This document shows, one piece after another, positions 35,598 to 44,162 of a stretch of 64,000 nucleotides of DNA. Position numbers and translations under genes: made by a program. The DNA is from Vicinamibacterales bacterium (GTDB taxonomy: Bacteria; Acidobacteriota; Vicinamibacteria; Vicinamibacterales; UBA2999): NCBI GenBank assembly GCA_050742535.1, contig JBOGIQ010000001.1, positions 50 through 64,049 of the forward strand, given 5' to 3'. The notes beneath the pieces were generated by a model that saw only the letters and a list, made by a program, of their open reading frames with translations, made no database searches and was not told the DNA's origin. Position 1 is the stretch's first letter. The number at the start of each line of letters is the position of its first letter.

Positions 35598-37379
35598 ATG
35601 AGCAGTCCGACATCCCAGCCGCCGATCAAGCCGACCGCTAAAAGTGGCAGAGGTGGCAAGCGGGGGAAGGTTCGCGCGACGCCCAAGGGGCGGGTCGTCG
35701 ATCCGAAAGCCCGCGAGGAAGTGCGTGCGCTGCTTGGCGACGCCCCCCGCCGCCGCGACCTGCTGATCGAGCACCTGCACAAGATCCAGGACCGGTACCA
35801 CTGTCTGTCGGCCCCGCATCTCGTCGCGCTCGCCGCCGAGATGAAGCTGGCGATGACCGAGGTGTACGAGGTGGCGACCTTCTATCACCACTTCGACGTG
35901 GTCAAGGAGGGCGACGCGGCGCCGCCGTCGATCACCGTGCGGGTGTGCGATTCGATCGCCTGTGAGCTTGCGGGCTCGCACCAGCTGCTGGAGAAGCTGC
36001 CGTCGCTCCTCGGCGCTGGCATCAGGGTGCTTCACGCTCCGTGTGTTGGACGCTGCGAGACCGCTCCCGTGGCGGTTGTCGGGCAGAACCCGATTCCCAA
36101 CGCCACCACCGAACAGGTGGTGTCCGTGGTGCGGCAGGGTCACGTGACGCACCCGCGAGACGACGAAGCGGCGATGCACCCGCATTTCAGCGTCGTCACA
36201 CCGGGGCATATCGACTACAAGGCATACCGCGCGGCGGGTGGTTATGCGCTGGCTGCCGCGTGCAGCGCAGGCACGCGCACGCCGGCGGATGTCATCGCCT
36301 TGATGGAAGATTCGGGGCTCCGCGGGCTCGGCGGCGCGGGATTCCCGGCGGGCCGCAAGTGGAAGCTGGTCTCCGCGGAGCCGGCGCCGCGGCTGATGGC
36401 GATCAACATCGACGAAGGGGAGCCGGGCACGTTCAAGGATCGCTACTACCTCGAGCGCGATCCGCATCGATTCATCGAAGGCGCGCTCATCGCGGCATGG
36501 GCCGTCGGCATCGACGCGATCTACATCTATCTGCGCGACGAGTATCACGGCTGCCGCGCCATCCTCGAACGCGAGGTTGCGGCCCTGCAGGCGGATCCGC
36601 CATGCACGCTGCCCGAGATTCATCTTCGCCGCGGCGCCGGCGCGTACATCTGCGGCGAAGAGTCGTCGATGATCGAGTCGATCGAAGGCAAACGCGGCGA
36701 GCCGCGGCTGCGGCCGCCCTACGTGGCGCAAGTCGGTCTGTTCGGACGTCCCACGCTCGAGCACAACATGGAAACGCTCCACTGGGTGCGCGAGATCATC
36801 GAGAAGGGCCCCGGCTGGTTTTCCGGCCACGGCCGCCACGGGCGCACGGGACTGCGCTCGTTTTCCGTCAGCGGCCGGGTCGTCAAACCCGGGGTGCACC
36901 TCGCGCCCGCCGGCATCACGCTGCGCGAGCTGGTGGACGAATACTGCGGCGGCATGCTGCCCGGCCACGAGCTCTACGGCTATCTGCCGGGCGGCGCATC
37001 GGGCGGAATTCTCCCCGCGTCGATGGCCGACATTCCGCTCGACTTCGATACGCTGAATCAGTACGGCTGCTTCATCGGTTCGGCCGCCATCGTCGTGTTA
37101 TCGAATCACGATACGGCCGCGGCGGCGGCCCGCAACGTGATGAAGTTCTTCGCCGACGAGTCGTGCGGTCAGTGCACGCCGTGCCGTGTCGGCACGGCAA
37201 AGGCGTTGCAGCTCATGGGCGAGAAACGCTGGGATCAGCCACTCATTCAGGAGCTGTCGCAGGCGATGATGGACGCATCGATTTGCGGCCTCGGCCAGGC
37301 GGCCCCGAATCCGGCGTTAAGCGTGTTGAAATACTTTCCCCAGGAAGTGGGCGATCCTTTCAGGGGGACTAAACAGTAG
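35598..37379 (+). CDS. fdsB: NAD-dependent formate dehydrogenase diaphorase subunit (fused NuoE-like and NuoF-like domains)
   Basis: A 2Fe-2S thioredoxin-like part (CDSIACELAG...CVGRCETAP) is followed by a NuoF-like part (GLRGLGGAGFPAGRKW, ESCGQCTPCR). Confidence 0.8.
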   Translation: MSSPTSQPPIKPTAKSGRGGKRGKVRATPKGRVVDPKAREEVRALLGDAPRRRDLLIEHLHKIQDRYHCLSAPHLVALAAEMKLAMTEVYEVATFYHHFDVVKEGDAAPPSITVRVCDSIACELAGSHQLLEKLPSLLGAGIRVLHAPCVGRCETAPVAVVGQNPIPNATTEQVVSVVRQGHVTHPRDDEAAMHPHFSVVTPGHIDYKAYRAAGGYALAAACSAGTRTPADVIALMEDSGLRGLGGAGFPAGRKWKLVSAEPAPRLMAINIDEGEPGTFKDRYYLERDPHRFIEGALIAAWAVGIDAIYIYLRDEYHGCRAILEREVAALQADPPCTLPEIHLRRGAGAYICGEESSMIESIEGKRGEPRLRPPYVAQVGLFGRPTLEHNMETLHWVREIIEKGPGWFSGHGRHGRTGLRSFSVSGRVVKPGVHLAPAGITLRELVDEYCGGMLPGHELYGYLPGGASGGILPASMADIPLDFDTLNQYGCFIGSAAIVVLSNHDTAAAAARNVMKFFADESCGQCTPCRVGTAKALQLMGEKRWDQPLIQELSQAMMDASICGLGQAAPNPALSVLKYFPQEVGDPFRGTKQ

Positions 37380-37405
37380 GGCGCCCATTTATGGGTGCCA
37401 CATAG
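37376..37405. repeat. REP-type hairpin, family C
   Basis: GTAG GGCGCCCA TTTA TGGGTGCC. The TAG of the flank (37377-37379) is the fdsB stop codon. Confidence 0.8.
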
Positions 37406-37410
37406 TCACC

Positions 37411-40224
37411 ATGCTGCAAAAGAACACTGCGGTGCCGGTCGTGACGCCGGTTTCCTTCAGGCTGAACGGACAGGCCGTCGTCGGCAGCTCGGACGAGACG
37501 ATTCTGCAGACAGCTGATCGGCTCGGTGTCGAGATTCCCCGCCTCTGCTACATGGAGGGCATGCGCGCGGACGGCAACTGCCGGACGTGCATGGTGGAGA
37601 TCAAGGGCGAGCGCGTGCTCGCGCCGTCGTGCTGCCGCTATCCGAAAGAGGGGATGGAGGTCACCACCAACAACCAGCGCGCGCTGATCAGTCAGAAGAT
37701 GTCGATCGAGCTGCTGCTCGCCGACATGCCCGAGACGGAGTACACACGCAATTCCGAGCTCGATTTCTGGGCGAAGAAGCTGGACATCGGCAAGCCGCGG
37801 TTCAAGTCGCGGCAGCAGCCCGTGGAAGACCTCTCACACCCGGCCATGGCGGTGCACCTCGATGCCTGCATTCAGTGCAAGCGGTGCGTGCGCGCCTGCC
37901 GTGAGGAACAGGTCAACGACGTCATCGGCTACGCCTTCCGCGCCGGCGCCTCGAAGATCGTGTTCGACCTCGACGACCCGATGGGCGATTCCACGTGCGT
38001 GGCGTGCGGCGAGTGCGTCCAGGCGTGCCCGACCGGCGCGCTGATGCCGGCGCGCGACGTCGGCAAGGTCGTTCCGGATACGCAGGTCGAGTCCGTCTGC
38101 CCGTACTGCGGCGTCGGCTGCCAGTTGACCTACAACGTCAAGGACAACCAGATCATCTACGTGCAGGGCAAGGACGGTCCGGCCAACTCGAGCCGCCTGT
38201 GCGTGAAGGGCCGCTACGGCTTCGACTACGTCCATCACAAGCAGCGGCTCACCACTCCTCTGATCCGGAAAGAGGGCGTACCCAAGCACAAGGACTTCGT
38301 CGTCGATCCCGACAACTGGCGCGACGTGTTCCGCGAAGCGACCTGGGACGAGGCGCTGGACCGCGCCGCCGGCGGCCTGCGGACAATCCGCGACACCTAC
38401 GGGAAGCGCGCCCTGGCCGGCTTCGGCTCCGCGAAAGGGACCAACGAAGAGGCCTATTTATTCCAGAAACTCGTGCGCACCGGGTTCGGCTCGAACAACG
38501 TGGACCATTGCACGCGCTTGTGCCATGCGTCGAGCGTCGCCGCGCTGATGGAAGGCATCAACTCGGGCGCGGTGTCCAATCAGGTGCGCGACGTCGCCAA
38601 TTCCGAGGTCATCTTCGTCATCGGCGCCAATCCGACGGTGAACCATCCCGTCGCGGCAACGTTCATCAAGAACGCCGCCAAAGCCGGGAAGACACTCATC
38701 GTCGCGGATCCCCGCAGGAGCGATCTCGCTCGCCACGCGAAGTACTACCTGCAGTTCAATCCGGACACCGATGTGGCGCTGCTCAACGCGATGCTGCACG
38801 TGATCGTCGAGGAAGGCCTCGTCGACAAGGCCTTCGTGGCGAGCCGTACGTCCGGTTACGACGCCCTGGCCGAGAACGTCAAGAAGTTCTCGCCCGAGAA
38901 GATGGCGCCGATCTGCGGTATTCCCGCGGAGACGATTCGCGACGTCGCGCGGGCGTACGCGACGTCCGCCGCCTCGATCATCCTGTGGGGCATGGGCATC
39001 TCGCAGCATGTGCACGGCACCGACAACGCGCGCTGCCTGATCGCATTGGCGCTCTCGACCGGGCAGATCGGCAAGCCGGGTTCCGGCCTGCATCCGCTGC
39101 GCGGACAGAACAACGTCCAGGGCGCGTCGGACTCGGGACTGATTCCGATGTTCTACCCGGACTATCAGCGCGTGAATACACCCGAAGCGCGTCAGCGGTT
39201 TGAAATATTGTGGAAGACCCCACTCGACCCCGATCCGGGCCTGACCGTCGTCGAGATCATGAACGCCGCCAAGAAGCGCGAGATTCGCGGCATGTACATC
39301 ATGGGCGAGAACCCCGCGATGTCGGATCCGGACGTCGATCACGCGCGCGAGGCGATGGCCGCGCTCGACCACCTGGTGGTGCAGGACATCTTCCTGACGG
39401 AGACGGCGTATCTGGCGGACGTCATTCTGCCCGCCACCGCGTGGCCGGAGAAGGTCGGCACCGTCACGAATACCGACCGCATGGTCCAGCTCGGACGCAA
39501 AGCGATCGAACCTCCGGGCGACGCACGCGAGGACTTCTGGATCATCAACGAGCTTGGCCGGCGCATCGGTCTCGACTGGAACTATGCGCATCCGCGCGAT
39601 GCGTTCAACGAGATGCGGACGTGCATGGATTCGATCGCCGGCATTACCTGGGACCGGCTCGAACGCGAATCGTCCGTCACGTATCCGTGCGTCGAGGAGG
39701 GCGATCCCGGCGATCCGGTGGTCTTCATCGAAAACTTTCCCACGCCGTCGGGCCGTGGCAAGTTCGTCCCGGCGGACCTCATCTCCGCGGCCGAGCAGCC
39801 GAACGCCGAATACCCGATGGTGCTCATCACCGGCCGGCAGCTCGAGCACTGGCATACCGGCTCGATGACACGCCGCGCCAGCAACCTCGACGCGCTCGAG
39901 CCGGAACCGGTCGCGTCGGTGCACCCGCTCGACCTCGAAGACATGGGTGCCGCCCCGGGCGACGTCGTCACGATCGCGTCGCGCCGCGGAACGATCTCCC
40001 TCTACGCGCGTGCGGACGATGGGACGCCGCGCGGGACCGTATTCGTGCCGTTCTGCTTCTACGAGGCGGCGGCGAACATGCTGACCAATCCGGTGCTCGA
40101 TCCGTTCGGGAAGATTCCGGAGTTCAAGTACTGCGCGGTGAAGGTGACGAAGGGCGGCGTGGTGCCGGAGCACATGAGCTTCGGCGGAGGAGTGCTGCTC
40201 GACGAAGTGGCCCCAGGGCGCTGA
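37411..40224 (+). CDS. fdsA: Formate dehydrogenase alpha subunit (molybdopterin, NAD-linked type)
   Basis: An N-terminal 2Fe-2S region and 4Fe-4S motifs (CIQCKRCVRAC, CVACGECVQACP, CPYCGVGCQ) are followed by a MopB domain. The active-site region NVDHCTRLCHASSV has Cys, not an in-frame TGA. Confidence 0.85.
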   Translation: MLQKNTAVPVVTPVSFRLNGQAVVGSSDETILQTADRLGVEIPRLCYMEGMRADGNCRTCMVEIKGERVLAPSCCRYPKEGMEVTTNNQRALISQKMSIELLLADMPETEYTRNSELDFWAKKLDIGKPRFKSRQQPVEDLSHPAMAVHLDACIQCKRCVRACREEQVNDVIGYAFRAGASKIVFDLDDPMGDSTCVACGECVQACPTGALMPARDVGKVVPDTQVESVCPYCGVGCQLTYNVKDNQIIYVQGKDGPANSSRLCVKGRYGFDYVHHKQRLTTPLIRKEGVPKHKDFVVDPDNWRDVFREATWDEALDRAAGGLRTIRDTYGKRALAGFGSAKGTNEEAYLFQKLVRTGFGSNNVDHCTRLCHASSVAALMEGINSGAVSNQVRDVANSEVIFVIGANPTVNHPVAATFIKNAAKAGKTLIVADPRRSDLARHAKYYLQFNPDTDVALLNAMLHVIVEEGLVDKAFVASRTSGYDALAENVKKFSPEKMAPICGIPAETIRDVARAYATSAASIILWGMGISQHVHGTDNARCLIALALSTGQIGKPGSGLHPLRGQNNVQGASDSGLIPMFYPDYQRVNTPEARQRFEILWKTPLDPDPGLTVVEIMNAAKKREIRGMYIMGENPAMSDPDVDHAREAMAALDHLVVQDIFLTETAYLADVILPATAWPEKVGTVTNTDRMVQLGRKAIEPPGDAREDFWIINELGRRIGLDWNYAHPRDAFNEMRTCMDSIAGITWDRLERESSVTYPCVEEGDPGDPVVFIENFPTPSGRGKFVPADLISAAEQPNAEYPMVLITGRQLEHWHTGSMTRRASNLDALEPEPVASVHPLDLEDMGAAPGDVVTIASRRGTISLYARADDGTPRGTVFVPFCFYEAAANMLTNPVLDPFGKIPEFKYCAVKVTKGGVVPEHMSFGGGVLLDEVAPGR

Positions 40225-40380
40225 TCATGCCGTTCGTCATCCAGCCGCACACCGGCGGCTGATCGGCAAGACGTTAGGCAAGGGTGGTCACGACTGAGGT
40301 GGAGAACGCGCGCCCTGCATTCGAAGAGGCGACGCAGGCGAACGATGTCTCAGTGACGGATTTCTGAAACTCGCGTTGGG

Positions 40381-41325
40381 TTAATTGGCCGGCGGCGTCT
40401 GCACATGATCTATTGAGAGAATCTCGAACGGAGCGGTCGTCGATTCGACCTTCAAACCGACGCCCTCGAATGCCATCGTCAATCGAGCGGCATCGAATCC
40501 CGCCATCAGCAGTGGCAGGCCTCCTCGTAGCCCCGGGGCACGACGATTTCCTTTGAACTCGAGGGTGAAGTTGTATTCGCCGTCGAGACCGGTCCGGTCG
40601 ATCACGGGGCGGTCCAGGTAGAACGAGAAGAAGTCGGCAGCATCCTTGACGCTGCTCCCCTCGAACACCAACTGGACAGAGCCGTCGGGAGCGAAAAGCG
40701 GGGGACCAGGCAGGAGCTTCGCGAACACGAGTCCGTTCATGCCCATGCCAGTAGTCGCTGCGGCGGACGAACGGATCAGCGCCGGTTCGTTGGCCCCAGC
40801 CGTGATCGCCCACACGGGTATCTCTTTGCGTTCGCGGCGCACCTTGAGATCGAACGTCTCCTCCAATAGTCGCTGGAGCATCAAGCGGACCGGCAACGGA
40901 TAGACGTCCTTTCGAGCAGAGCTTGTGAACCGGAAATCCCGCAGGCGAACGATGTCTTCGGCCGTGACTGCCGCAGACGAGAATCTGGCTGCGACCTCGA
41001 ACTTGTAGGCCCTCATCCACTCAGGCACCGGGCCAACAATCGGCGAACATTCGTACCCGAACGCGATCTTCATTGCACACGCACCCGCGCCGTCGGCATC
41101 GACATAGGCGCTGACGATGAGCTGGAGGAGATCGCTCTGGTCGCGCAAGGTCGTCGTGGTGAGTTGCCGCCTGTCATGATGACGAATCGACGGATCGATG
41201 CCCGCCACCGTTGCCTCTTCGAACGCAGGGCGCGCATGGTCGATCTGAGTCGTGACCACGACCTGCCCGGACAGCAGAGACAGGACGATCATCGGCGCGA
41301 GAATCCTGGTCGAGACTCGGGTCAT
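40381..41325 (-). CDS. TIGR03435-family secreted protein
   Basis: The translation from the ATG at 41325 begins MTRVSTRILAPMIVLSLL and contains ...PAFEEATV... The C-terminus is VIDRTGLDGEYNFTLEF...GVGLKVES. Confidence 0.7.
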   Translation of the reverse strand: MTRVSTRILAPMIVLSLLSGQVVVTTQIDHARPAFEEATVAGIDPSIRHHDRRQLTTTTLRDQSDLLQLIVSAYVDADGAGACAMKIAFGYECSPIVGPVPEWMRAYKFEVAARFSSAAVTAEDIVRLRDFRFTSSARKDVYPLPVRLMLQRLLEETFDLKVRRERKEIPVWAITAGANEPALIRSSAAATTGMGMNGLVFAKLLPGPPLFAPDGSVQLVFEGSSVKDAADFFSFYLDRPVIDRTGLDGEYNFTLEFKGNRRAPGLRGGLPLLMAGFDAARLTMAFEGVGLKVESTTAPFEILSIDHVQTPPAN

Positions 41326-41344
41326 TTCGATCTCAGGGCGCGTG

Positions 41345-42271
41345 TCAGTTCTCACCTGGCCGTTCAAGTCGATCGACTATCAATGTGTCGCGCAACACGC
41401 GCGACGGCTTGAGTTTCAAGCCGAGTTGCTGTTCGACGGCGGCGAAGACGGATGACGCGACATCCTGCGATGGCGTGAGGCTCGGCCCCCTGAGTTGCCG
41501 CAGCATGTCGAAGTTCATGGCGACACGGTACGTTCCTGTGAGGCCGGTTTTATCCATGACCGGACGGTCTGCCCAGCCACGGAGTTGCTCCGCAAGAGCA
41601 GCCATCGTTCCCTCACCCTCCAGCAAATCACCCAACTTGCCTCGACCGTCGCCGAACCGGTCGCGCACCACGGCGCCAACGGTCCGGAACGTGCACGGTA
41701 ACGGCGGCTGCTTCAAGTCGACAGCCATTTGCGGTAACGAAGCCGGCGGCTCTGTCGACGCCTCGGGCACGGCAGCTTTCACCGGGCAAGCCACGCTCAT
41801 CGGCGTGAGACCGGAACCCAACTTCCCGTCGGGTCGCGCCAAGACGAGATCGAATGCCGGCTGCTCGCGCTTCTCGAAATGCACGGTCAGCTTGAAGCGA
41901 TCGGCGAGCATCGAGCGCATCATCGCCAGGTGATCGTCGCGTGTTGCCGACGACAACGAAGACGTGGCGCTCACGTTGTAACGGCCGCTCCGCGCCCACT
42001 TGGGAAGGCCGACGATTTCTTTGGGAAGCGTCGGCGGGTACGCGCGGGCGATGAGGTTTGCCACCAGAGCATTTGTCATGGTGACTCCGCCATCAGGGCG
42101 TTGTTGAACGCGATAGCCTGGGGAGGGAGGTCCGCCGGGAGCCGCAGGTCGGTTTCGCCGAATGGAGACGACTTCAAAAGCAGGTGCCGGACCTAACGCT
42201 TGGCCGAACACCTCGGCCAAGCCAGCGACACTCACGATGACGCCTATGGACGCAACAAACCCCGTGCGCAT
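41345..42271 (-). CDS. TIGR03435-family secreted protein
   Basis: The ORF has a signal peptide, then PAFEVVSIRRN and VMDKTGLTGTYRVAMNF...EQQLGLKLKP. Confidence 0.75.
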   Translation of the reverse strand: MRTGFVASIGVIVSVAGLAEVFGQALGPAPAFEVVSIRRNRPAAPGGPPSPGYRVQQRPDGGVTMTNALVANLIARAYPPTLPKEIVGLPKWARSGRYNVSATSSLSSATRDDHLAMMRSMLADRFKLTVHFEKREQPAFDLVLARPDGKLGSGLTPMSVACPVKAAVPEASTEPPASLPQMAVDLKQPPLPCTFRTVGAVVRDRFGDGRGKLGDLLEGEGTMAALAEQLRGWADRPVMDKTGLTGTYRVAMNFDMLRQLRGPSLTPSQDVASSVFAAVEQQLGLKLKPSRVLRDTLIVDRLERPGEN

Positions 42272-42344
42272 CCGTCACCTCGGTCAGATGGTCGCGTGCG
42301 TGGCGCGTACGGGAGACTCACCAAACTCAAGAAACGAACGATCT

Positions 42345-42605
42345 TCATGAGGCGCACCAATCGCACGCACTGTAAATAGGACCGTAGGTGCAATGATACA
42401 CACACGTCGAACAATTTTCGTTCCCCGGCCACGGCGAGCAGTTCCACTGCTCCATTTGGCCCTCACCGTCGCCACAATCGTCCAAGGCCTGAGTGCACGT
42501 GTTAATAGGATCGGCCTTTGAAGCTGGAACAAACAGAGCTGACACACTAAACACAACGGCTGTGGCCAAGCGAATAGATGGACGCCAAAAATCAGCGCGT
42601 GACAT
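42345..42605 (-). CDS. Small secreted cysteine-rich protein (86-aa precursor, about 55-aa mature, 8 Cys)
   Basis: A canonical AAGGAGG lies 5 nt upstream of the ATG at 42605. The signal peptide is MSRADFWRPSIRLATAVVFSVSALFVPASKA. The mature part is DPINTCTQALDDCGDGEGQMEQWNCSPWPGNENCSTCVYHCTYGPIYSACDWCAS. G+C is visibly lower than in neighbouring genes. Confidence 0.6.
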   Translation of the reverse strand: MSRADFWRPSIRLATAVVFSVSALFVPASKADPINTCTQALDDCGDGEGQMEQWNCSPWPGNENCSTCVYHCTYGPIYSACDWCAS

Positions 42606-43461
42606 AGAACCCTCCTTTCGTGAGGCTGGTGTTTTCGCGAAACGCAACGTCACTCTTTCTACGCATCCGCAATTGCTTCTGCACAGGTCTCGAAGGTCAC
42701 ACGTTTCCCCTCTTCGAGATCGACCTTACAGCTTCCGCAGCCTCCTTGGCTGTACACGCTTTGAAACGTCTTGGGTCGAGGCAGACCGCTCTTTTTACGG
42801 TCTTTGCACGACGAGCAAAGGACACGCGGCTACCTCGGGTCCGACTGTGAAACTCGCTGGAGGATAGATACGGAGCCTGCACCTCGTCAACGCAAGAACT
42901 GTCCAAATCGCGCACCGCAGTGGTCATTGACATTGATCCGCGGCCAGGGGAATCACGCGGTTGCCGGAACAGCGTGGAACGGACGCCACTGACCTGGCGG
43001 AACTGGAGCGGACGTCTGCGTTAGCTCTCTGTTGAAGGCGAGTGTTTGCGCTCGCGGTTTCCCGGGCCTTAATTCATGCGCGAATTGAGAAAAGCACTCA
43101 ACCTCAAGTTCGGGCTGCCGGCCGCAAGCTGGATGGTTCGCGTTGCCAGGCGGCGCTTGCCCGTGCGGCGAATGTGACGGCGCACCTGCCGCGGCAGTTC
43201 GCCACGCTTCGTGAAGGTCCTGCTCGACGAGAACTTGCGCGGCCGATACGGCGCCTCAACCCGTGCCGCGGACGCCTGCGCTGGCTCGAGCGTGGACTGC
43301 CCAAACACCGGAGGGCTGAGCCAGAATCCCGGCCACGGACGCGAACGTGCACAAGAATCGCGTGTTGTGCCCTTAGACGCCGCCGTCAACGATGTCAGTC
43401 CCGGCCGACGAACGTTCGCAGAATTGGCAATCACCTTGCTCCGCACGGGGGCGGGGGAAAT

Positions 43462-44058
43462 ATGCCGACGGCTCGACGATCCAGCAAAACAGCAACCAGA
43501 ACCAGCTCACGAAAGACGACCACTGTGCAGTGCGCGTCGAGGACGGCGCGTCGGGCGGCGCGTGAGGTCGTCAAGTCCGTGTCCGCGCGCGTGCTGCCGG
43601 CGCTGCCGCACGACGCCGTCAAGCTGCTCGAAAAAGATCACCGGCGGTTTGAACGCCTGATGAAGGAAGGCGAACAGACGACGGCGAGAGCGCGCGTGCG
43701 CCGCCGCGAGATTCTCAACACGCTGGCTGCCGGGATCGCGGCACACGAGCGCAGAGAAGAGAAGCTGCTCTACCCGGCGCTGAAGCGCCATCGCGACGCG
43801 CGCGACATCGTGCTGGAGGGCTACCAGGAACACCATGTTGCCGACGTCCTCATCGGCGAACTGAAGAATCTGGACCCGGCGGACGAACGGTGGGGCGCGA
43901 AGTTCAAGGTCCTGAAGGAAAGCCTCGACCATCACATCGAAGAAGAAGAGGGTCACATGTTCAGGACGGCGCGATCCGTGCTCGGCCGCGACACGCTCGA
44001 AGAACTCGGTCGCCGGATGCGGGCGATGCCCGGTACCCGCAAAAAGACCCGCCGCTAG
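43462..44058 (+). CDS. Hemerythrin-domain protein
   Basis: ATG at 43462. H/E metal-ligand pattern (LLEKDHRRFERL, HERREEKLLYPAL, YQEHHVAD, LDHHIEEEEGHMF). Confidence 0.75.
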   Translation: MPTARRSSKTATRTSSRKTTTVQCASRTARRAAREVVKSVSARVLPALPHDAVKLLEKDHRRFERLMKEGEQTTARARVRRREILNTLAAGIAAHERREEKLLYPALKRHRDARDIVLEGYQEHHVADVLIGELKNLDPADERWGAKFKVLKESLDHHIEEEEGHMFRTARSVLGRDTLEELGRRMRAMPGTRKKTRR

Positions 44059-44067
44059 CGCGGATTT

Positions 44068-44125
44068 CGTCGTGGCGCGAACCTTCGGGTTCGCGAGGGC
44101 GAGCCTGACAAGGCTCGCCCCACGG
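44068..44125. repeat. Composite hairpin element, family B
   Basis: CGTGG CGCGAACC-TTC-GGGTTCGCG A GGGCGAGCC-TGACAA-GGCTCGCCC CACG. Confidence 0.85.
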
Positions 44126-44162
44126 CGCGCCACGTGACCGATGTCACAATTGGCGGCGACCC

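Noticed and set aside
38490-38540. Selenocysteine in the formate dehydrogenase alpha subunit
   Set aside because: The active-site position reads CTRLCHAS with an ordinary Cys codon. There is no in-frame TGA or downstream SECIS-like hairpin.
42697-42933. 78-codon basic ORF upstream of the Cys-rich peptide gene
   Set aside because: No recognisable motif, no convincing ribosome-binding site and mixed codon bias. It is mentioned under the islet finding but not called as a gene.
43211-43300. Possible remnant of a PIN/DUF5615-type toxin gene (frame reads MKVLLDENLRGRYGA)
   Set aside because: The similarity is limited to about 9 residues at the N-terminus. The remainder of the frame is not protein-like and no antitoxin partner is visible. 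This is too weak to call a pseudogene.
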